This document shows positions 47,335 through 56,807 of a DNA stretch of 64,000 nucleotides, one piece after another. The notes under the pieces were generated by a model. The model had not been told where the DNA came from, did no database searches, and saw nothing but the letters and a program-made list of their open reading frames with translations. Each line of letters starts with the position of its first letter. Within the stretch, counting starts at the first letter, position 1. Both the position numbers and the translations under genes were made by a program. The stretch lies in assembly GCA_965216785.1 (NCBI GenBank), contig OZ244197.1, positions 1,664,001 to 1,728,000 on the forward strand, read 5' to 3'. This DNA comes from Thermodesulfobacteriota bacterium (GTDB lineage: Bacteria; Desulfobacterota_D; UBA1144; Nemesobacterales; UBA2774).

Positions 47335-49134
47335 ATGAGTGAAGAGCTGTTAGTAGGACTGGCTACGGTAATAGTGCTCGGGATCGGGGCGCAGTGGATT
47401 GCATGGCGCATAAACCTGCCGGCGATACTGCTACTTCTTATCGCGGGGTTTGTTGCGGGTCCTGTTACCGGGTTTTTCAACCCGAACCACGTGTTCGGCG
47501 ACCTCCTGCTTCCCCTTGTATCGGTCTCGGTCGGCATCATATTGTTCGAAGGAGGGCTCAGCCTTAAGTTCTCTGAGTTCAAGGAGATACGTAAGGCTGT
47601 AATTAACCTTGTTACCATAGGAGTTTTGGTTACCTGGGTTCTGAGCACGGCTGCGGCTTACTTCCTGTTCGGTCTTGACTTCAGGCTTTCGGTGCTTTTA
47701 GGAGCGATACTCGTAGTGACCGGGCCTACCGTGATTATCCCGCTGCTGCGTCACGTCCGCCCTTCGGGGAAATCGGGCTCGATAATGAAGTGGGAAGGTA
47801 TTGTTATCGACCCTATAGGCGCCATATTGGCCGTTCTCGTATTCGAGGCCATACTCTCGGGCGGGGTTGCAGAGGCTTCGGAGCAGGTCGGGTTGAGTGT
47901 TATCAAGGCTGCTCTAATTGGAGTTGTATCGGGACTACTCGGCGCGTATATCATTGTAATAGTGCTTAAAAGACACTGGGTGCCGGATTTTCTTCAGAAC
48001 CCTGTGGCGCTGATGACCGTTGTAGCGGCATTCACAGTATCGAATTATTTTCAGACTGAAGCGGGACTCCTTGCCGTCACGGTTATGGGTATAGCGCTTG
48101 CCAATCAGAAGTGGGTGAGCGTAAAGCATATAATGGAGTTTAAAGAAACTCTCCGCGTACTGTTTATTTCAAGCCTATTTATTATTCTCGCCGCCAGGCT
48201 TACGGAAAAAGAGGTCGCCTACGTGCTGAATTATAAGAGCGTCATTTTTCTCGTAATTATGTTTTTTCTCGTGCGCCCGCTATGTGTGTTTGTGTCAACT
48301 TTTACTGCCGACCTGGATATTAAGGAGAAGGTGTTTTTGTCGTGGATGGCTCCCCGGGGAATCGTAGCTGCTGCTGTATCTTCTGTTTTTGCCTTAAGGC
48401 TCATAGAAGCCGGGTATGAGGACGCAGAGCACCTGGTAACGATTACTTTCCTGGTTATAACGGCGACTGTGGCGGTGTACGGCCTTACAGCGTCTCCACT
48501 TGCGAGGTATCTGGGTATTGCGTCTCCCAATCCGCAGGGCGTCTTGATGGTCGGGGCCCACGGCTGGTCAAGAGCGATAGCCAAAGTTCTTCATGAGAGC
48601 GGGTTTCAGGTGTCGCTCGTTGACTCTAACTGGTCTAACATCTCGGCTGCCCGAAACGAGGGGCTTAAAGCTTATTATGAGAATATTCTTCTCGAGGATA
48701 TTTCTGAAGACGTTGATCTTGACGGCATCGGTAAGCTTCTTGCCCTTACTTCAAACGAAGAGGTGAACTCGCTCTCGGCGCTTCATTTTGTCGAGTTTTT
48801 CGGACGTGCCCAGGTCTATCAGCTCTCCAAGCACTCAAAATTCAGCGCCAGGAGCGAGGCCAGCATACCGCAGCATCTGCGCGGCAGGCTATTATTTTCC
48901 CCTGACGCCACTTTCGACTATCTGACTAAACGGTTTACCTCAGGGGCTGTGATAAAGAAAATAACCCTGACTGAAGACTTTGACTACGGGGCGTTTATGT
49001 CTTTATACGAGCACGCTCTCCCGCTGTTTATAATAAAGGAAAGCGGCGAGCTTACCGTTTGCTCTACGGACGTTAAACCCGCGCCTGTGAAAGGTCAGCA
49101 GATAATTGCTCTTGTGAATGAACTCGTGCAGTGA
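47335..49134 (+). CDS. CPA1 Na+/H+ (K+/H+) antiporter with C-terminal TrkA-N-like domain
   Basis: LPAILLLL..G...GP, ILFEGGL, VTGPTVI.PLLR, KWEGIVIDPIGA, APRGIVAAA; cytoplasmic GVLMVGAH domain. Confidence 0.9.
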   Translation: MSEELLVGLATVIVLGIGAQWIAWRINLPAILLLLIAGFVAGPVTGFFNPNHVFGDLLLPLVSVSVGIILFEGGLSLKFSEFKEIRKAVINLVTIGVLVTWVLSTAAAYFLFGLDFRLSVLLGAILVVTGPTVIIPLLRHVRPSGKSGSIMKWEGIVIDPIGAILAVLVFEAILSGGVAEASEQVGLSVIKAALIGVVSGLLGAYIIVIVLKRHWVPDFLQNPVALMTVVAAFTVSNYFQTEAGLLAVTVMGIALANQKWVSVKHIMEFKETLRVLFISSLFIILAARLTEKEVAYVLNYKSVIFLVIMFFLVRPLCVFVSTFTADLDIKEKVFLSWMAPRGIVAAAVSSVFALRLIEAGYEDAEHLVTITFLVITATVAVYGLTASPLARYLGIASPNPQGVLMVGAHGWSRAIAKVLHESGFQVSLVDSNWSNISAARNEGLKAYYENILLEDISEDVDLDGIGKLLALTSNEEVNSLSALHFVEFFGRAQVYQLSKHSKFSARSEASIPQHLRGRLLFSPDATFDYLTKRFTSGAVIKKITLTEDFDYGAFMSLYEHALPLFIIKESGELTVCSTDVKPAPVKGQQIIALVNELVQ

Positions 49135-49219
49135 AGACGGGGTTAAGTGAATACGTGCTTATGAATATAGCGTTGAAAATGCTAGTGATTACCTGCGGAG
49201 CCCCGCGAAATAATACTGA

Positions 49220-49642
49220 CTAGGTGGTTAAAGCTGCAAGTATGAAGCTTGCGATCAGGAATACCGCTATTATTCCAAGCATGACGACAGGAGTTTTGGG
49301 GTTATATCCCCTGTGGGCGTTGGGAACGCTTGTTTGAGCGAAGCTCTTTCTTCTTTGCATAAGCCCTTTTTTCGGAGCGTCGGCCGCAGCTTGTGTATGT
49401 GCTTCTTCAGGCTCGGCGGTTTCCTGCTCAGACTCAGCCGATTCGGCCTCTTTTTGCTCTACCTCAGCTTCAACCTCTTGGGCTGCTGCAAGTTCTGCCT
49501 CTTCAGGTTCAGCGGTAGAAGGTATATCTTCACCGCCAGTCTCTGATTGGGCCTCTGAAGACTCAAGCTCTTGGGTTTGTTCTACTTCTTTACCTGCTTC
49601 AGCTTCTTGTTGAGGCTCGGCGCCGTCTTTTTTCTCAGTCAT
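49220..49642 (-). CDS. Acidic low-complexity protein with C-terminal TM anchor
   Basis: Glu/Ala-rich disordered N-terminus; tail PVVMLGIIAVFLIASFILAALTT. Confidence 0.7.
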   Translation of the reverse strand: MTEKKDGAEPQQEAEAGKEVEQTQELESSEAQSETGGEDIPSTAEPEEAELAAAQEVEAEVEQKEAESAESEQETAEPEEAHTQAAADAPKKGLMQRRKSFAQTSVPNAHRGYNPKTPVVMLGIIAVFLIASFILAALTT

Positions 49643-49689
49643 GGTATGGTCACTTCCGTTATCTTAATATTTTCTGTTACAGGGACTGA

Positions 49690-50133
49690 TTACATAGGTC
49701 CGAACGCATATTCTTGCGCGACCTTGAGCTGATACTTGAGCTCTTTTACGAGTCTTCTTTGTAAGTCCGACCAGGCCAGCATACCGTAGTAATCGCCGTC
49801 TTCGTCAAGTATGAAGAGGTGAGAAATGTTATGCGTGTTCATCATTTCCACACAGTCGAAAAACGAAGTATCGAGCGTTACGGTGTGAAGAGTGGTGCTC
49901 ATTATCTCAGAAATCTTTACGTCAGAGGGTTTTTTCCCTAGAGCCACTACTTTAGTTGAGAAATCAGCGTGTCCGACCACTCCAACTATATTGTCATCAT
50001 TCATGACCCCGATCGTTCTTACTTTGAAGTTACGCAGTTTGAGCGCAGCAACATCAGCCGTGTCGTTAGCGTCTACGAAGAATACTCTATCCCTAATCCC
50101 GATCAGATCACGTACTTTTAAATCTTCCAGCAT
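49690..50133 (-). CDS. CBS-domain pair protein
   Basis: KVRDL...VFFV..NDT...A...L; ISEIMST...V......CVEMM..HNISHL.ILDE.G...G; RBS AAGGAGG. Confidence 0.88.
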   Translation of the reverse strand: MLEDLKVRDLIGIRDRVFFVDANDTADVAALKLRNFKVRTIGVMNDDNIVGVVGHADFSTKVVALGKKPSDVKISEIMSTTLHTVTLDTSFFDCVEMMNTHNISHLFILDEDGDYYGMLAWSDLQRRLVKELKYQLKVAQEYAFGPM

Positions 50134-50484
50134 AGTTGCATACCTCCTTATGCGTGGATTTGTCGAGATGGAATTAAAGGCTTAAGCCCCATCTATATAA
50201 CAGAATAACACAAAACAAGTTGTGATTGAAGGGTTTTTTTCATTGTGGTTATGATACGTTTGAAAGGGGTGTAAGTATCTGTCATGATTATATTTACGAC
50301 CTACGGATACTTTGAGTGCTCTCTTTCCTTAGCAATTTTCACAGATAGATATAGATTTTATTCAGAATTGATTAAGATACTTGAATTATTTTGCTTCAAG
50401 CCATACACTAATCGACGGGTCAAAACAGTCCTTTTTTGTTTTTTCGCATCATAAATTAAAACAGCAATCAGGAGGAAATATTAA

Positions 50485-51330
50485 ATGGCAGAATATACGC
50501 ATCCGGACGTGTTGGTCAGCACCGATTGGGTAGCCGAGCATAAAAGTGATCCGGGAGTACGGATAGTAGAGTCTGACGAAGATGTTCTTCTTTACGACGT
50601 TGGTCACATCGAGGGAGCAGTCAAAGTGGACTGGCAGACGGACCTTCAGGACCAGTTGGTAAGGGATTACATAGACAAAGAAAAGTTCGAAAAATTAATG
50701 TCGGAGAAAGGTATTTCAAACGATACAACAGTGGTTTTTTACGGCGACAGAAATAATTGGTGGGCCTGCTACGCTTTTTGGGTTTTCAAGCTCTTCGGAC
50801 ACGAAAACTGTCTTATGATGAACGGCGGAAGACAAAAGTGGATTGATGAGGACCGCCCGCTGGTAAAGGACGTGCCTGAATACTCGTCTACGAGCTATGC
50901 CGTATCGGGAGTAAATGAATCAATCAGGGCGTTTAAGGATGATGTAATGGCCCATATAGGCTCGGGTAATCCGATGATCGATGTACGCTCACCCGGTGAA
51001 TACACAGGGGAGCTTCTCCACATGGAGGCTTATCCTCAGGAAGGCGCGCTCAGAGGCGGTCACATCCCGGGAGCCGCGAATGTGCCCTGGGCTACTGCCG
51101 CAAATGAAGATGGCACGTTTAAGTCCGCGGATGAGCTTATCTCGATCTATAAAGACGACAAGGGGCTTAAGGACGGAGACGACGTAATAGCATACTGCAG
51201 GATTGGGGAGAGATCCTCGCACACATGGTTTGTACTTACTTATCTTCTTGGTTTTGAGAATGTAAGGAATTACGACGGCTCGTGGACGGAGTGGGGCAAC
51301 ATGGTACGCGCTCCAATAGAAAAACCCTGA
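50485..51330 (+). CDS. sseA: Thiosulfate/3-mercaptopyruvate sulfurtransferase (tandem rhodanese)
   Basis: [30 protein letters not shown], active site [18 protein letters not shown]. Confidence 0.92.
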   Translation: MAEYTHPDVLVSTDWVAEHKSDPGVRIVESDEDVLLYDVGHIEGAVKVDWQTDLQDQLVRDYIDKEKFEKLMSEKGISNDTTVVFYGDRNNWWACYAFWVFKLFGHENCLMMNGGRQKWIDEDRPLVKDVPEYSSTSYAVSGVNESIRAFKDDVMAHIGSGNPMIDVRSPGEYTGELLHMEAYPQEGALRGGHIPGAANVPWATAANEDGTFKSADELISIYKDDKGLKDGDDVIAYCRIGERSSHTWFVLTYLLGFENVRNYDGSWTEWGNMVRAPIEKP

Positions 51331-51356
51331 CTTTAAAGTAGAAAACAATCTTACAG

Positions 51357-51389
51357 AGGGCGCGGACTGAATGTCTAGCGCCCTTTTTT
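51357..51389 (+). terminator. Intrinsic terminator after the sulfurtransferase gene
   Basis: AGGGCGC...GCGCCCT stem followed by a T-run. Confidence 0.75.
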
Positions 51390-51400
51390 ATTGCCGCTCT

Positions 51401-51440
51401 AGGCCGATTTAGGTCAATTCAGGTTGATTTAGTCCGATTA
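51401..51440. repeat. Four degenerate 10-bp tandem repeats upstream of sufE
   Basis: AGGCCGATTT / AGGTCAATTC / AGGTTGATTT / AGTCCGATTA. Confidence 0.65.
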
Positions 51441-51471
51441 GAGAATATCTTTAGACATAATAGGATTTAAC

Positions 51472-51897
51472 ATGAACATAGAAGAGATTATTCAAGAGTT
51501 TCAGGAAGCGGATTTTCAGGAGACGCTTGCAATTTTGCTCGATTACTCAGAAGGGCTTCCAAAGCTGCCCGAAGAGTTTGAGGAATCTAGGGACGCGGGT
51601 TATAACCGTGTGACAGAGTGCGAGACTCCGGTGTTTGTATTTGTAAAGCTCGAGGACGGAAAGGTGAGGATATTTGCCGACGTTCCCGAGGAGTCTCCGA
51701 CTGTCAGGGGCTTTGTAGCGCTACTTGTGGACGCCTTTGACGGCTTGACCCCAGAGGAGATTGAAAGCGCTCCCTCAAACCTGATCAACAGCCTCGGGTT
51801 AGATCAGAAACTCGGTACGAGGCGAATGTTCGGGCTTAGCGCTGTATATGCCCGCATTAAGAAAGAAGTAAAAAAGGCGCAGCAAATTCAGCAATAG
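51472..51897 (+). CDS. sufE: SufE family sulfur-acceptor protein
   Basis: LLDY...LP.LP, RV.EC.TPVF, PEESPTVRGF, LGL...L..RR..GL. Confidence 0.88.
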   Translation: MNIEEIIQEFQEADFQETLAILLDYSEGLPKLPEEFEESRDAGYNRVTECETPVFVFVKLEDGKVRIFADVPEESPTVRGFVALLVDAFDGLTPEEIESAPSNLINSLGLDQKLGTRRMFGLSAVYARIKKEVKKAQQIQQ

Positions 51898-51948
51898 TTT
51901 TCGAATTGAGGTAAGTAAAAAAAATTACATAGCGGCGGTGATTTTAAT

Positions 51949-52350
51949 TTGAACCATGACGAATTGATGGAGCTGATACTTGAGCACTACGAGCACCCGA
52001 GGAATTTCGGGGTGATGGAGGGGTCTTCTCTTACTCAGGAGGGTGGAAACCCCGGCTGCGGTGATCTTATAAAGGTTTATCTAGATATCGGGGATGACGG
52101 AGTAATAAAAAACGTAAGTTTTGACGGTGAGGGTTGTATGGTAAGCATGGCGGGGACTTCGATAATATTAGAAAAACTCAAGGGTAAAACCGTTTCCGAT
52201 GTGGAAGAAACACCCCCAGAGGTGGTTTCTTCGATTCTAGGAAAGAGGCTCGTAACCACAAGGCATAATTGTGCTTTCCTGGGTTTTAATACCTTAAAGA
52301 AAGCGGCCATGAAATGGCGCCAGAAAAATATGCTTGAGTCGGCTAAATAG
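51949..52350 (+). CDS. sufU: SufU/IscU (NifU N-terminal) family protein
   Basis: ILEHYEHPRNFG, NPGCGD, FDGEGC..S.A, R.NCA (three conserved Cys plus Asp). Confidence 0.85.
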   Translation: MNHDELMELILEHYEHPRNFGVMEGSSLTQEGGNPGCGDLIKVYLDIGDDGVIKNVSFDGEGCMVSMAGTSIILEKLKGKTVSDVEETPPEVVSSILGKRLVTTRHNCAFLGFNTLKKAAMKWRQKNMLESAK

Positions 52351-52401
52351 AAAAACCGGGCGGTATTTAATTCTACAAATTAAGAAACTACTCTCGGCTT
52401 C

Positions 52402-52908
52402 TTAAGACTTTGATTTTACAACATACATATTGGGGTTCTGGAGCCTTACGGCTTGAAGCCTTTGCTGGATGATATGGGCGAAACGTTTTAAAAGCTCATA
52501 GCCGAGATCATGGTCTTCCTCGCATTTGTCTCGCATGAACTGTCCGTCAAGCGCGATTGCTTTTGTGCGCGCAACCACCTTTGCGTCAAAGTGCCACATG
52601 TAGGGAGGAAAGAGCCATGCCCATCCAAGGACGTCGCCTTCACCGATCATTTGAATAGTGATTGGGTCTCTGTCGGCCGCAAGCTTTGCCTCAAGGCCCA
52701 CAATGCCTTCTTCGATTATATAGAACTTGTCCGCCATCTCGTTTTCCCTGAAAATAAAATCTCCCTCTTCAAAGGTCACTTCCTCGGCCTTCTGAACAAT
52801 CATATCCAGGTACCCCTTATCGAGTCCTTTAAAGCAGTAATGTTCTCCGAGTATCGATTCGAGTTTTTGCATGACAGACATCTCCCGCGAGTAATTGTTA
52901 TATGACAA
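52402..52908 (-). CDS. Stand-alone cyclic-nucleotide-binding domain protein (no HTH)
   Basis: F.EGDFIFRE...ADKFYII.EG.V, GEGDVLGW.WL.PPY.W.F.A, C-helix LGYELLKRF. Confidence 0.85.
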   Translation of the reverse strand: MSYNNYSREMSVMQKLESILGEHYCFKGLDKGYLDMIVQKAEEVTFEEGDFIFRENEMADKFYIIEEGIVGLEAKLAADRDPITIQMIGEGDVLGWAWLFPPYMWHFDAKVVARTKAIALDGQFMRDKCEEDHDLGYELLKRFAHIIQQRLQAVRLQNPNMYVVKSKS

Positions 52909-52985
52909 TTATTATATCATGATTCCCGATGCGGTATATAAGTTAAATTAGATTACTTCTCTTATCGTGTATTCTTAATTGCAGT

Positions 52986-53309
52986 ATGAAGAGGTTATAT
53001 ATACCGACTGATGAATCGGAACTTGTTTTTTTAAAGAGTTTCCTGGATGCCGAAGGTCTGCCGTATTTTGTGCTAAATGATAATTTCGGCTCTATGTACT
53101 CAGGGGTATATATGAATAACTTTAACGCCAAGACCATAATGGTTCCCGAAGAGCTTTATGAGGATGCCAAGGAGCTGATCCGCAGCGTGATAGAAGACGC
53201 GAAGTTTGAAGACGAGCGCGGCGCGGATGAGGGGGGAGGCGGCGGCGGAGTAATGGATTTTCTTTCTTTTAAGTGGTTATTTCCAAAAAGCGGCAAGGAC
53301 GAAAAATAG
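52986..53309 (+). CDS. DUF2007 (putative signal-transducing) protein
   Basis: E...LKS.LDAEG....V.ND.......G.......I.VPEE..E.AKELI. Confidence 0.75.
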   Translation: MKRLYIPTDESELVFLKSFLDAEGLPYFVLNDNFGSMYSGVYMNNFNAKTIMVPEELYEDAKELIRSVIEDAKFEDERGADEGGGGGGVMDFLSFKWLFPKSGKDEK

Positions 53310-53570
53310 GGTTCGCAAAGACTAAAAATGGATTGGGGAGGGGAGGTCTGAGATGAGCTTTTCTGATACTTTAGCGGAATTGTTCGGCTGGCGCTCCGCC
53401 GTCAACATAGGATTGCTGATATTGGAGTCTATTGCGGTGGTATTGGTTTGCGGGCCGATTTCAAAAATCCATGCAAAACTGCCGTGATCGTTCGTTTTTG
53501 TATACATACAATTAACCACTTATCACCCTATTACACTTCTATTAATTACTATCTCCATTTTACAACCGAC

Positions 53571-53599
53571 TTGACTAAGTTTTAATTCTTTACTAATAT
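53571..53599 (+). promoter_or_regulatory. Sigma70-type promoter for the pnt operon
   Basis: TTGACT (53571-53576), 17 bp spacer, TAATAT (53594-53599). Confidence 0.5.
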
Positions 53600-53787
53600 C
53601 GTTTAGCCGGATGCGAGTGGTTCTTGGGTCTGGCCGGTTCCGGATCTCTTCGACTTAAACACTGTCGATGCAAAAACTTCCGGATTGAATATCATGGGTA
53701 TTGTGTTGTTTTAAAATTACAGGTATAACATTGCACTCAAATTTTTACCTGTATTGTCTAAATATTTAGTAGGTTGGAAAATAAAAG

Positions 53788-54936
53788 ATGATTATAGGCG
53801 TTCCAAAAGAAACATATACCGGCGAGAGAAGGGTAGCTATTGTACCCGCAACGGTACCTTCTTTACAGAAAGCGGGTTTCGTTATCCATCTGGAAAAAGG
53901 CGCGGGGCTTGAAGCCGGATTTACTGACAAGATGTATGAAGACCAGGGAGTAGTGATTTCAGACCGTGCTGAAGTACTCTCGAAGGCAGAGGTAATACTT
54001 CAGGTAAGGGCGATCGGCAGCGGCAATGAGTCGGACGCCGAGGACCTGAAAGCGCTCAAAAAAGGTCAAATCGTAATAGGGCTCATAGACGCTCTTACGA
54101 ACAAAGACGCTGTGCAGTCGCTTGGCGAGGCCGAAGTTAAATCGTTTGCGCTTGAGCTCGTCCCCAGAATAACAAGGGCACAGAGTATGGACGTTCTCTC
54201 CTCACAGGCAAACCTGGCAGGCTATAAAGCAGCGCTTATGGCTGCTGACTCGATGCCGAAAATATTCCCGATGATGATGACAGCCGCCGGCACTATCACA
54301 CCTGCGAGGGTGCTGGTGATAGGTGCGGGGGTGGCTGGGCTTCAGGCCATAGCCACATGCAACCGTCTAGGGGCCATCGTTTCAGCTTATGACATACGCC
54401 CTGCGGTAAAGGAGCAGGTGCAAAGCCTTGGCGCGAAGTTCGTTGAACTTGAGCTCGAGACCGGTGAAGCCGAGGACAAGGGCGGCTACGCCAAAGAGAT
54501 GGACGAGGATTTTTACAGAAAACAAAGGGAGCTAATGACCCGTGTTGTGGCAGAGAACGATGCTGTCATAACGACAGCTTCGATACCGGGTAAAAAAGCC
54601 CCTGTGCTCATAACTGAGGAAATGGTTTCCGGCATGAGCCCGGGCTCTGTGATCATTGACCTTGCCGCGGAGAGCGGAGGGAATTGTGAGCTTACAAAGG
54701 CGGGCGAAACAGTGGAGAAAGGCGGCGTGAGCGTAATCGGGCCGGTCAATGTGCCCTCCAGCATACCTTATCACGCAAGCCAGATGTACTCCAAGAACAT
54801 AGCCAACTTGGTACTCTTAATGGTAAAAGACGAAAAACTCGAGATCGACCTCGAGGATGAAATATTAAAAGACTCTCTCGTAACTGATGACGGAAATGTA
54901 GTAAACGAGCGAGTGAAAGAGAGTTTGGGACTTTAA
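53788..54936 (+). CDS. pntAA: NAD(P) transhydrogenase subunit alpha part 1 (dI)
   Basis: IGVPKE...GERRVA, PRITRAQSMDVLSSQ, GAGVAGLQAIAT, GGYAK, DLAAESGGNCE. Confidence 0.95.
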   Translation: MIIGVPKETYTGERRVAIVPATVPSLQKAGFVIHLEKGAGLEAGFTDKMYEDQGVVISDRAEVLSKAEVILQVRAIGSGNESDAEDLKALKKGQIVIGLIDALTNKDAVQSLGEAEVKSFALELVPRITRAQSMDVLSSQANLAGYKAALMAADSMPKIFPMMMTAAGTITPARVLVIGAGVAGLQAIATCNRLGAIVSAYDIRPAVKEQVQSLGAKFVELELETGEAEDKGGYAKEMDEDFYRKQRELMTRVVAENDAVITTASIPGKKAPVLITEEMVSGMSPGSVIIDLAAESGGNCELTKAGETVEKGGVSVIGPVNVPSSIPYHASQMYSKNIANLVLLMVKDEKLEIDLEDEILKDSLVTDDGNVVNERVKESLGL

Positions 54937-54958
54937 ATAAAACAGGAGGTGCCTCGGA

Positions 54959-55240
54959 ATGGACGGATTTACAATTGTTTTCACAATTTTTGTGCTGGCC
55001 GCTTTCATAGGCTTTGAAGTAATCTCAAAAGTGCCTCCTACACTTCATACACCACTGATGTCAGGGTCGAACGCGATATCGGGAATCATCCTTATTGGCG
55101 CAATACTATCTGCGGGCACACAGCACACGTGGCTCACCACGATGCTTGCCTTCGTTGCGGTAGTACTTGCGACAATTAACGTAGTAGGCGGGTTTATGGT
55201 AACAAACAGAATGCTCGAAATGTTCAAGAGGAAGGATTAA
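54959..55240 (+). CDS. pntAB: NAD(P) transhydrogenase subunit alpha part 2 (membrane)
   Basis: VPPTLHTPLMSGSNAISG, INVVGGFMVT.RML.MF. Confidence 0.95.
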   Translation: MDGFTIVFTIFVLAAFIGFEVISKVPPTLHTPLMSGSNAISGIILIGAILSAGTQHTWLTTMLAFVAVVLATINVVGGFMVTNRMLEMFKRKD

Positions 55241-55243
55241 CTA

Positions 55244-56650
55244 ATGTCTTCTGCAATAGTAAACATAGCGTATTTAGTAGCGGCGTCACTGTTCATATTC
55301 GGACTCAAGGGACTGACGCATCCGAGAACCGCGGTCAGAGGCAACATGCTTGGCGCGCTCGGAATGCTCCTTGCAATAGTAGTAACTCTGCTCGATAAGA
55401 ACATCGTCAGTTACAGCGTGATTTTCGCAGGTATCATCATTGGCGGCGGTATTGGCGCAGTTTTGGCGGTGAGAATACAGATGACCGCTATGCCTCAGCT
55501 TGTGGCGCTCTATAACGGTTTCGGAGGCGCTGCTTCGGTTCTCGTGGCAGGAGCGGCACTGTTTGAAATAATGGTTGCTGGAGACTCAAGCCCGATACCC
55601 CTTGACGCTCAGTTCTCTATTGCCACTTTTGCCTCAGGTCTCATAGGAGCGGTTACGTTCTCCGGAAGCTTAGTGGCGTTCGGCAAGCTCCAGGGACTAA
55701 CGGATGAGGGATCGGTTCGTTATCCGGGTGATCAGATAGTTAAGATAGTTCTTGCAATAGTATTAATTATATTCGGTGTTTTAATGGTACAGTACGCAGG
55801 ATATTCTGTCCCTTACTGGCTTATGGTAGCAGTGGCGCTGGTAATAGGCGTTCTGGTAGTTATCCCGATTGGCGGAGCGGATATGCCGGTCGTAGTAGCG
55901 CTATTAAACTCGTTCTCCGGTCTTGCAGCCGCGGCTACGGGATTTGTTCTTTACAACACGGTTCTGATTGTTGCGGGAACACTGGTCGGCGCATCAGGTC
56001 TGATCCTGACGATGATTATGTGTAAGGCGATGAACCGCTCGCTCACAAACGTTTTATTTGGAACATTCACAGTGACTGACGACGGCCCTTCCGCAGACGA
56101 AGTTTATGCGGGCAAGGTAAAGTCCACCTCCCCTGAAGAGGTAGCGATGCTCCTGACCGGGGCAAAGAGAGTGGCTGTAGTTCCTGGGTACGGTATGGCG
56201 GTTGCGCAGGCGCAGCACGCGGTGAGAGAGCTTTTTGATATACTTGAAGAAAACGATATAACCATGGAATTTGGTGTGCATCCTGTTGCGGGACGTATGC
56301 CCGGACACATGAACGTACTGTTGGCAGAGGCCGACATCCCCTACGATAGGCTTAAAGACATGGACGAGATCAACCCCAGCTTTAAGCAGATCGACGTTAC
56401 GATTATCATCGGCGCAAACGACGTTGTTAACCCTGTAGCTAGGACGGATCCCGAAAGCCCGATAGCCGGTATGCCGATACTCGACGTCGATTACTCAAAG
56501 ACCGTTGTCGTGATAAAAAGGAGCTTGAGTCCGGGTTTTGCCGGAATACCAAATCCGCTCTTTGCGGCGGACAACACCCTTATGCTCTTTGGCGACGGTA
56601 AGAAGATGGTCGAGGAAATGGTAAAGAGCGTAAAAGAAGACCTTGGCTGA
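55244..56650 (+). CDS. pntB: NAD(P) transhydrogenase subunit beta
   Basis: MTAMPQLVA, IGGADMPVV, MCKAMNRS, VPGYGMAVAQAQ, HPVAGRMPGHMNVLLAEA, GANDVVNP. Confidence 0.97.
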   Translation: MSSAIVNIAYLVAASLFIFGLKGLTHPRTAVRGNMLGALGMLLAIVVTLLDKNIVSYSVIFAGIIIGGGIGAVLAVRIQMTAMPQLVALYNGFGGAASVLVAGAALFEIMVAGDSSPIPLDAQFSIATFASGLIGAVTFSGSLVAFGKLQGLTDEGSVRYPGDQIVKIVLAIVLIIFGVLMVQYAGYSVPYWLMVAVALVIGVLVVIPIGGADMPVVVALLNSFSGLAAAATGFVLYNTVLIVAGTLVGASGLILTMIMCKAMNRSLTNVLFGTFTVTDDGPSADEVYAGKVKSTSPEEVAMLLTGAKRVAVVPGYGMAVAQAQHAVRELFDILEENDITMEFGVHPVAGRMPGHMNVLLAEADIPYDRLKDMDEINPSFKQIDVTIIIGANDVVNPVARTDPESPIAGMPILDVDYSKTVVVIKRSLSPGFAGIPNPLFAADNTLMLFGDGKKMVEEMVKSVKEDLG

Positions 56651-56807
56651 GGGATTTAACCTCAAACTGACATCTTGAAATAATCCGCTCTCCTTAAGTT
56701 TTAATCCCAGATTGTAATATTCAATAGGTCTTAGCGTATAACTAGCTTGCTTTTGTATATGGAGCGATGTGAGTTTTCATGCATATCCGAGAGGGGTTTA
56801 TTCTATT

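Noticed and set aside
53322-53519. 65-aa minus-strand ORF
   Set aside because: No RBS or recognisable motif; cannot be supported.
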